A stretch of 46,022 nucleotides of DNA from a virus: positions 1 to 46,022 of IMG/VR virus record IMGVR_UViG_3300045988_121014; one strand, 5' to 3'. A program made the translations under genes and the position numbers. Of this stretch, positions 31,503-37,859 are shown piece by piece. The notes below the pieces were generated by a model that made no database searches, was not told where the DNA came from, and saw only the letters and a list, made by a program, of their open reading frames with translations. The first letter of the stretch is position 1; every line of letters begins with the position of its first letter.

Positions 31503-33278
31503 TCAGAATACCCGTTTCTGCACAGAGACGATGCCCCAGTTTCCGGTGGCGAGGTCCATGAGCTGTGCGAGCGAATCGGGCGCGTCGTCGTGGACGTTCT
31601 TGCCGAGTGAGACGAAGGAGCAGAGCCATTCGATGAACGAACGGTACTCCGGCGTCGAGTGGTCGAAGTCGAGGAAGTGAATCTTCAGGATGTCCGGCGC
31701 GTACTGGATGATGCGCGAGAGCTTCGGCGCGTTTCCGGGAGCACGCCGCGTCGAGATGTTGAGAACGCACCCTTTCTCGCGGAGCATTTTGTCCACAGCC
31801 TGCGCGTATTCCGTACCGCCGTTGTTCGCCTCAAACTGCACCTGGTGTGGTCGGTGAATGAGCAGCTTTCCGACGACCGCGGGCTGCGTGAAGGTTTTGT
31901 TCGCATTCGAGAATACCACGTCGACGCAGTACATCGAGCCGTCGCCGTAGATGTAGACTATCGGCATCGCGAGGTAGTCGTCGCCGCCCCACGCGACGTC
32001 GCAGGCTGCGATTATCCTGTCCGGCTGACCGCCCGGGAGTATCCCGTTGTAACGGAGCAGGGAATCCGGCGGGAAGACAAGCCCCTGACGTATATACGGC
32101 GCCCCCTGATACTTCGCGCACCATGTGCAGTCGTCGATCGACGCTTTCATGTCGCGATAGTATTCGGTCGAGAACCCGACGCCGTAATCGTACTGGAAGT
32201 TCGATTCTCCGTTCGCGTCGAGCGCGGGAATGACGGTGAAGCGGTAATCCGGATTGTCGCGGTACTGCTCGCGCACACGCCCGAGCGGGTCCATGACGTT
32301 CCAGCGCGTACCGACCATCAGCTGTAGTGCGCCATCCTTCATACGGTCTTTCATCTGGTTCAGGTAGATGTTGTACTTCGCGTCGAGACGGGATGGAGAC
32401 AGCGATTCCTCGAGGTCTTTCACGAGGTCGTCGACATAGAGGATGCCGTCGCGCGAGATGTCGATAGCGCCCGTCCATGTACCTTCCGCCGACCGGCAGG
32501 TCATTGTCGGGAAGCGCTTCGGGTGGTTGAGGTTGATCTGGAGGTACTTCGCCGACCGGCTTTCGATCTGCGCGTGCGGGAACACGTCGTGCCAGAGGTA
32601 TTCGCCGTCCGGATCGAGCACCGCGTTCAGCTCACCGTAGAACCCGTTCACGAGTGTGTCGGAGTGCCCGCCCATTGCGGACGATTCGTCCGGATGACGT
32701 CCCATGTGCCAGGTCAGGAATAAGATGCAGAGAGTACTTTTGCCCGTCCTCGCTGGTAAGGACACCCCGAGAAACCTAATTTTGTGTTCTTCGAGGTCTT
32801 GAAGATCATTGCATATCCTGAGCAATATCTTCCGCCTCGGCAGCCAGAACTTTCTCGACGGCTCTCTGTTCCATTCGACGTACTGCATATAGTGGTCGAA
32901 TGAGTGCGGCGCGAGCAGAAGGCAGACTTTTCGTTTCAGCTCGTACCATTCCGGCGCGGCTGACGTCTTCGCGGCGGCTGACCTCGCGAGCATACGGTTC
33001 ACGACGTCGAAGAATTCTTTCCCTTTCGCCACCATGTAGGCAAGCTCCTCCTCGTATGATTCTGCCGAATTGTCCTGCGCGAGCCCCCTCAGCGCGTCGA
33101 AGTAGTCTTTCGCGACCGACAGACTGTCCGTTCCGTACGCCGCGACAGCCTCGCACAGCACGACGCACTCCGGCAGCCGGTCGTTCCAGTTCTCGAACCC
33201 GGGGAGAATCTTTTTGTTCCTATTCTTTACCTTTTTTGATTTCTTCTTTCCAGTATCTTCACATGAAAAAGCGCCCAT
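31503..33278 (-). CDS. terL: terminase large subunit
   Basis: LPARTGKSTL Walker-A-like ATPase motif, about 590 aa, upstream of the portal gene. AAAGGAGAG SD. Confidence 0.85.
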   Translation of the reverse strand: MGAFSCEDTGKKKSKKVKNRNKKILPGFENWNDRLPECVVLCEAVAAYGTDSLSVAKDYFDALRGLAQDNSAESYEEELAYMVAKGKEFFDVVNRMLARSAAAKTSAAPEWYELKRKVCLLLAPHSFDHYMQYVEWNREPSRKFWLPRRKILLRICNDLQDLEEHKIRFLGVSLPARTGKSTLCILFLTWHMGRHPDESSAMGGHSDTLVNGFYGELNAVLDPDGEYLWHDVFPHAQIESRSAKYLQINLNHPKRFPTMTCRSAEGTWTGAIDISRDGILYVDDLVKDLEESLSPSRLDAKYNIYLNQMKDRMKDGALQLMVGTRWNVMDPLGRVREQYRDNPDYRFTVIPALDANGESNFQYDYGVGFSTEYYRDMKASIDDCTWCAKYQGAPYIRQGLVFPPDSLLRYNGILPGGQPDRIIAACDVAWGGDDYLAMPIVYIYGDGSMYCVDVVFSNANKTFTQPAVVGKLLIHRPHQVQFEANNGGTEYAQAVDKMLREKGCVLNISTRRAPGNAPKLSRIIQYAPDILKIHFLDFDHSTPEYRSFIEWLCSFVSLGKNVHDDAPDSLAQLMDLATGNWGIVSVQKRVF

Positions 33279-33317
33279 GGCGCCACTCTCCTTTGGAAAA
33301 ATGGCGCTCTGGGCGCT
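33266..33317 (-). promoter_or_regulatory. two-part hairpin plus U4 enclosing the terL SD and start codon
   Basis: 33270-33276 pairs with 33311-33317 and 33280-33285 pairs with 33302-33307. The SD lies in the 16-nt loop and the AUG in the internal loop. Confidence 0.55.
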
Positions 33318-33478
33318 CTAAGTATAGGGGTACGGTACTCCGCCACGGCACGATGCTGGTGCGGGATTGCTAATTGTTCCGTGACCGCTTCACGCGGTCA
33401 GGTGAACGTTTGCAGTATCTGTTCGCTGTCTTTCCTTTTCGGGAACAGTCCTGTTATGGTCGGAGCCCTAACACTGAA

Positions 33479-33510
33479 TCAGCGTTAAGTCAGCGTTGAA
33501 TCAGCGTTAA
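33479..33510. repeat. TCAGCGTT(A/G)A x3 with an 11-nt period
   Basis: Copies start at 33479, 33490 and 33501. Confidence 0.8.
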
Positions 33511-33568
33511 ACTCGCGGCAACTTGCGTACTTGCACCGCCGTTTACACCTTGTTTGCGCATTGTTTAT

Positions 33569-33610
33569 AACTAAGTTAAAACTAACTTGAAACTAAGTTC
33601 AAACTAAGCG
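33569..33610. repeat. AACTAAGTT-like 9-mers x4 with an 11-nt period
   Basis: Copies start at 33569, 33580, 33591 and 33602. Confidence 0.8.
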
Positions 33611-33688
33611 GTCTGTTACACGTGTTATTGTGTTACGGTGTTACGGCTTGTTGGAGCTTGATTAAATCTTATTGTGGTGTTGTTGGAA

Positions 33689-34468
33689 TTATTTCAGTAT
33701 CGGCTCGTGCGCTCCGGGAACGTAGTCCTTCATGCTGCCGTACTTGTAGTACCCCTGGTACGTCTTCTTGTTCTCGTATATCGACTGAATCGAGCTGATA
33801 GAGAACTTCGAACCGCTGCGGTTCACCTTCCCGTCGCCGTTCAGCTTCGCGCAGATTCCCTGATATGTCGCGCCGAGATCGTCCTTCATGTGGAATACTT
33901 CACGCACAATCTCTGCCTCCGGCTCGTAGATTTCGAGCGCGTGATTCCTGACTTTGTACCCGTACGGAGCGCGCCCGCCGCTGTAGCCGCCGCTCGACGC
34001 CTTGACAGCACGTCCGGCTCCGGTCCGCTTGCTGATGTTGTCTCGTTCCATTGCCGCGCAGGTGAGCGTGAACGCCTTCAGCATCCCGGCGAACACGCCG
34101 AACTGCCCGAAGTCCTCGCAAATGCTGATAAGCTCAATCCCTTTGCGGAGAAGCGCCCCTTGATAGTAAAAGTAGATGTTGATGTCGCGTGCCACACGGT
34201 CTGACTTCGCCACGACGACCGCCTGTACCGGCGGATTGCTCACTTCACCGTATACGATCTCGTCGAATCCCGGACGGTACTTCGCGCCGCTCTCCCCCTC
34301 GTCTGAGTACCATTTCACGATGTTCATGTCATTCCTGCGGCAGTAGTCAATGATCTGCTCGCGCTGTGCCTCCAGCCCGAACTTATCCTCTCCGACCTGC
34401 CCGTCGGTGCTGACGCGGATGTACGCCACCACGTTTGTGATTTTCTCCTTGCTTACCTGATTCTCCAT
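33689..34468 (-). CDS. serine recombinase: resolvase catalytic domain plus recombinase domain, ending where large serine recombinases continue
   Basis: VVAYIRVSTDGQ catalytic Ser motif. PYGYKV...EAEIVREVF recombinase-domain motif. Ends ...GAHEPILK with no zinc-ribbon or coiled-coil region. Confidence 0.8.
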   Translation of the reverse strand: MENQVSKEKITNVVAYIRVSTDGQVGEDKFGLEAQREQIIDYCRRNDMNIVKWYSDEGESGAKYRPGFDEIVYGEVSNPPVQAVVVAKSDRVARDINIYFYYQGALLRKGIELISICEDFGQFGVFAGMLKAFTLTCAAMERDNISKRTGAGRAVKASSGGYSGGRAPYGYKVRNHALEIYEPEAEIVREVFHMKDDLGATYQGICAKLNGDGKVNRSGSKFSISSIQSIYENKKTYQGYYKYGSMKDYVPGAHEPILK

Positions 34469-34581
34469 TGCGGTTGATTCTCCATTCTCTGACCATGCCA
34501 CTGCGCCGGTCGCCTTTCTCGTCGGGGCTATGCTCCCCTTCACTGATTCTATTTCGGGGTGCTCCGCCCTTCGCTGATTCT

Positions 34582-34610
34582 ATTATACCACATTTACGGT
34601 TAATTGTCAA
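34582..34610 (-). promoter_or_regulatory. perfect TTGACA-N17-TATAAT promoter for the recombinase gene
   Basis: Reverse complement of 34582-34610 = TTGACAattaaccgtaaatgtggTATAAT. Confidence 0.75.
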
Positions 34611-34834
34611 GAGGGTTTGCGTATTTTTTCAGATTTTTTTGATTTTTCTTTGGTCGGGAGGGTCAACCGCGCCGCCTCCCCGACATATGCACCCCCCGGG
34701 GTATCCGCCGCCGCCCGGTCTGCGAGCCCGTCAGGACCGCGCGAAACCGCGAAAATCCGCCCCTGAAATACTGCACAAAAATATCATTTGAATTTATGCA
34801 ATGTGCTGATTTACTGAAAATCATGATTTTGCTA

Positions 34835-34863
34835 TTGACATTTACGGTTAATCGTGCTATAAT
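34835..34863 (+). promoter_or_regulatory. perfect TTGACA-N17-TATAAT promoter for the plus-strand island operon
   Basis: TTGACAtttacggttaatcgtgcTATAAT. The -10 is bracketed by the 10-bp inverted repeat TTTACGGTTA / TAACCGTAAA. Confidence 0.8.
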
Positions 34864-34915
34864 AGTAACCGTAAAGAGTAAACAGCAGCCCCGAGAGGGC
34901 AGAAAGGATCATACC

Positions 34916-35635
34916 ATGAAAACATACAATCTGAAAGCATACAGACTCGCCCACAGCGACGGCAGGGGCAATCACTCCACGCTTGTAGTAATTGCAGAGT
35001 CCGCGGAGCAGGCAGCCGCCTACTACACAGTAGAGCAGGGGGTCAACGTCATCACCTGTACCGAGACGAGCTGGCCGGAGCCCGAGCAGCCCCGCGGGCA
35101 CGTACCGTTGGACTGGGTCGCGCCGGCAGCAGAGCCGGAGACCGAGACCGAGACCGCCGAGAGGGCAGAAAAGGAGAACACCATGAAATATATCGACACC
35201 ACCAAAACACCGGCAGCAGAAATCGTGACCACCCAGAGAGCAGCAGAGATCGCCGACGCCCTGGACGGCATCCGCCGCGAACGTGCGGCATACGGCTACC
35301 GCGCAAAGCAGCGCGTCACCGCCCGCTGCATCCGCGAGGCGGAGAGCGTCGGACGTCCAACCGTCCGCGTCGGCTACTGCGACCTGCAAGACGCGCTGTC
35401 CGGGATCACGCCCGACTGCTACACAGCCGGCGTCTACGGCTGGAATTGCGACATCTATACTATCGCTGGATTAACCATCTGCACCGGCTACCGCCCCGCG
35501 GCGGGCGTCCGGGCTGTGGGCGTCCGTGAGCTTGCAGAGGCTTGCAGAGGCGCAGACACCGCGACCCGTGACCGGCTGTTTGCAGCCTGGATCGTCACCA
35601 ACCGCGAGAGAGCACGAGAGGGGGCGAGGGCATGA
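34916..35635 (+). CDS. island protein (239 aa) with an in-frame internal start at 35183 giving a nested 150-aa product
   Basis: The ATG at 34916 and the ATG at 35183 are each preceded by CCGAGAGGGCAGAAA(A)GGA. No stop codon lies between them. Confidence 0.6.
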   Translation: MKTYNLKAYRLAHSDGRGNHSTLVVIAESAEQAAAYYTVEQGVNVITCTETSWPEPEQPRGHVPLDWVAPAAEPETETETAERAEKENTMKYIDTTKTPAAEIVTTQRAAEIADALDGIRRERAAYGYRAKQRVTARCIREAESVGRPTVRVGYCDLQDALSGITPDCYTAGVYGWNCDIYTIAGLTICTGYRPAAGVRAVGVRELAEACRGADTATRDRLFAAWIVTNRERAREGARA

Positions 35636-35868
35636 TCGCATACCTGCCAACCTACGACGCCGGGCGCCGCGGCGCCGCTGAGATCGACTCGGCGGCATCG
35701 CGCCGACTGCCGCACGGCACCATCTTGCAGCATGGCACACTGTACCACTGCGACGGCGTGCTATATCGCACACACGATGCCGCTATGGCGTCCTGGGATC
35801 GCTGGGCGCGCGTAACGGACGCCCTGCGGATCACCGCAGACGCTTTTTACAGCATGGTGAGCAGATAA
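35632..35868 (+). CDS. hypothetical island protein (78 aa)
   Basis: ATGA overlap with the upstream stop codon. Confidence 0.55.
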   Translation: MIAYLPTYDAGRRGAAEIDSAASRRLPHGTILQHGTLYHCDGVLYRTHDAAMASWDRWARVTDALRITADAFYSMVSR

Positions 35869-35931
35869 CGCCCGCCACCGCATACAACCGCCGCCCCCGC
35901 CCGGCTAAGGCGGGGAGAAAGAGAGATTATC

Positions 35932-36138
35932 ATGGCAAACATCAGCATTAACAACAACCGTAGCTACTGCACCCCGGCGGAGGCTATCGCCGCGTTGGGG
36001 ATGGACGAGGTCGCGTCCTGGATGGATCCGGAGACCCGGGACGCGCTGTCTAACGAGTGGCAGGGCGCAGACGACGACTACACCGGTTTTTTGACGGAGT
36101 ATCTCCGCCGGGCGCCGTATGACCTTATTATCGGCTAA
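35932..36138 (+). CDS. small acidic hypothetical protein (68 aa)
   Basis: GGGGAGAAAGAGAG SD before ATG. Confidence 0.6.
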   Translation: MANISINNNRSYCTPAEAIAALGMDEVASWMDPETRDALSNEWQGADDDYTGFLTEYLRRAPYDLIIG

Positions 36139-36142
36139 CCCC

Positions 36143-36171
36143 TTGACAACCGCCCGCCGGCGTGCTATACT
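36143..36171 (+). promoter_or_regulatory. promoter TTGACA-N17-TATACT
   Basis: TTGACA at 36143-36148, 17-nt spacer, TATACT at 36166-36171. Confidence 0.7.
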
Positions 36172-36190
36172 GTAAGTGGGAGGTGATAGC

Positions 36191-36259
36191 GTGCTTGTAG
36201 TGCTGTACATCCTGATCGTGCCCGTGCTGATCCTGCTGGAACTCGCCCACCGTTCATAA
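36191..36259 (+). CDS. 22-aa hydrophobic peptide (M)LVVLYILIVPVLILLELAHRS
   Basis: GGGAGGTGA SD 4 nt before GTG. Promoter 20 nt upstream. Terminator 5 nt downstream. Confidence 0.55.
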   Translation: MLVVLYILIVPVLILLELAHRS

Positions 36260-36264
36260 CCCCC

Positions 36265-36290
36265 GACCGCCCCGCGTGGGCGGTCTTTTT
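36265..36290 (+). terminator. rho-independent terminator
   Basis: GACCGCCC-cgcgt-GGGCGGTC followed by TTTTT. Confidence 0.8.
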
Positions 36291-36339
36291 ATGCCCCTGT
36301 GGCCCGTCTGGACTGCCGAGGCTTTTTGTGTCCGCGCTG

Positions 36340-36788
36340 TGACGTCCCACAAGCCCGCAGAACGTCTTGAAAGCCTCGAGAGGGTATCTATATCACCAGC
36401 AGTGTAAACGCCCCGCGCAGAGCCTCACAGAGCCTCACAGCCCTATGCCCGCCGTCACCGCCTCGAGAGGGTGCGCAGCCGCCCGCGTGCCCGGCACGAT
36501 CCGCCGCCGATCCGCACGCCCTCGAGGCTGCATATCTCTGTGAGCGCCTACAAGCCCCGTGAGCGCGTTTAATCCCTCGATAGGGTTCTTATACCGCCGC
36601 GCCTATTTCCGCGCGTCCTGGGGCGTCTGCGCGCGCCTTGGGACGTCCTACGCAGTCACGCCGCCGTGATTATCCGCGCCGCCGCCCCACCGCCTGGGAC
36701 GTCCCGCCGCCGCGAGAGGGGCTGCCTGCCGCCTGGGTGCCGCTCAAAACCCGCTCAATTTCCCGCCGATTTCCGAAAAATTTCCGAT
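36340..36788. repeat. GC-rich repeat-dense non-coding region
   Basis: GCCTCGAGAGGGT x2, CCCTCGAGGCT, AGAGCCTCAC x2 in tandem, GTGAGCGC x2, GGGACGTCC(C) x3, CCTGGG x4. Only Arg/Pro-rich junk ORFs. Confidence 0.7.
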
Positions 36789-36838
36789 CCGGTTTTGAAA
36801 ATCTTTTCTGCGAGTTTCAAAAACCGGATTTTTATTTT
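36789..36838 (+). terminator. long hairpin plus T-rich tail
   Basis: CCGGTTTTGAAA (36789-36800) pairs with TTTCAAAAACCGG (36815-36827, one bulge), followed by ATTTTTATTTT. Confidence 0.55.
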
Positions 36839-36849
36839 CTCGGTTCGCA

Positions 36850-36923
36850 ATAGTCGCTGATAATTTTTCGCGATAGTCGCTCGATAGTCGCTGACCGTCC
36901 GATAGTCGCTGGCAATAGTCGCT
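36850..36923. repeat. five direct copies of ATAGTCGCT just downstream of terS
   Basis: Copies at 36850, 36873, 36884, 36902 and 36915. Confidence 0.85.
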
Positions 36924-37026
36924 CGAATGTCAGGGAACGTCAATCACGTTCGTCATATTGCACAATACTTTTAGTAATTTATCACTGGCAAGTCCATTTC
37001 GGCTGTCGAAAATCAAACCTTTTGCC

Positions 37027-37842
37027 TTACTTCACAGTCTTGTCTTCATAGTCGCTTTCCCTCATCCCTTGCAAATATCTTTCCTGTAGCTGCTTCGGCG
37101 TGAGGTTCGCTTCACCCATCGGATTTCGCGTAGTTTCGGGCAATTCTGCGTTATCCCGCATTCCGTAATAGCACTTCGCACGGAAGCAGTATGCCAAAAA
37201 ATTCATCTTCCCGGCGACCACAAGTTTCGCGTCAAAAGACTGTTGAAATTCTTTGGCTTTTTCGAGAATTTGCGAGGAGATGGGGGTGAACCCCCGCTCT
37301 TCCCCATGTATAATCGCATTGACTTTTTTCAGCCCATACCCCAAACTCAGGCACACTTCCTCCCATACGGGCGTGCGTCCCTCGTTCGCGCAGCGGTCGT
37401 AGTAGTCGCTGATTCTCTCCGCCATTTCGTCGTCGTCCTTCACGGTTGGCTTCCGGAACTCGGTCAGCAGTTCGCGGAGAATCTGGCTCACGAATGCGCG
37501 GTCGTCGTCGTTCTCCGGCGTCCAGACCTTGGTCGGGAGGTACTTGCCTTTGTCGCTCTTCCTGCGCAGTGCCGCGTCGGGCATGTCCTTTTCGGGGAGT
37601 GTCAGCGCGTTGATGATAGTCGCTTTGTCTTTCTCGTCGACACGCTCCGCCACGCTTTCTGCATACTCAACCGCCCGCTTCCTCGCGTAGTTGTTCGGCG
37701 CATGCCGCTCGATTTTCTCCTTCTTCGGCTTCGGCGGCGACTTCGGTCTGCCTCGTTTCTTCGGCGCAGGGCTGTCCGCTCCGGTCGCAGCCGCCTTGCC
37801 TTTCGCCGTGTTCTTCGCTCCGGCCTTCTTCTCTTCGTCCAT
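37027..37842 (-). CDS. terS: terminase small subunit-like protein (P22 gp3-like core) with a Lys-rich, AT-hook-like N-terminus
   Basis: ERISDYYDRCANEGRTPVWEEVCLSLGYGLKKVNAI...KAKEFQQSFDAKLVVAGKMNFLAYCFRAKCYYGMRD follows the gp3-type TerS pattern. N-terminal KKRGRPKSPPKPKK. Confidence 0.6.
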   Translation of the reverse strand: MDEEKKAGAKNTAKGKAAATGADSPAPKKRGRPKSPPKPKKEKIERHAPNNYARKRAVEYAESVAERVDEKDKATIINALTLPEKDMPDAALRRKSDKGKYLPTKVWTPENDDDRAFVSQILRELLTEFRKPTVKDDDEMAERISDYYDRCANEGRTPVWEEVCLSLGYGLKKVNAIIHGEERGFTPISSQILEKAKEFQQSFDAKLVVAGKMNFLAYCFRAKCYYGMRDNAELPETTRNPMGEANLTPKQLQERYLQGMRESDYEDKTVK

Positions 37843-37859
37843 GTGATCTCCTTTCGCCC

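Noticed and set aside
36638-36860. 71-aa and 64-aa plus-strand ORFs and a 62-aa minus-strand ORF in the GC-rich island spacer
   Set aside because: They are Arg/Pro-rich, encoded by the short DNA repeats and lack SDs. I treat them as non-coding.
36340-36930. Possible CRISPR array, given the many short repeats
   Set aside because: The repeats are several different short motifs (8-13 nt) with irregular spacing. There is no single 24-40-nt repeat with uniform spacers, no leader and no cas genes.
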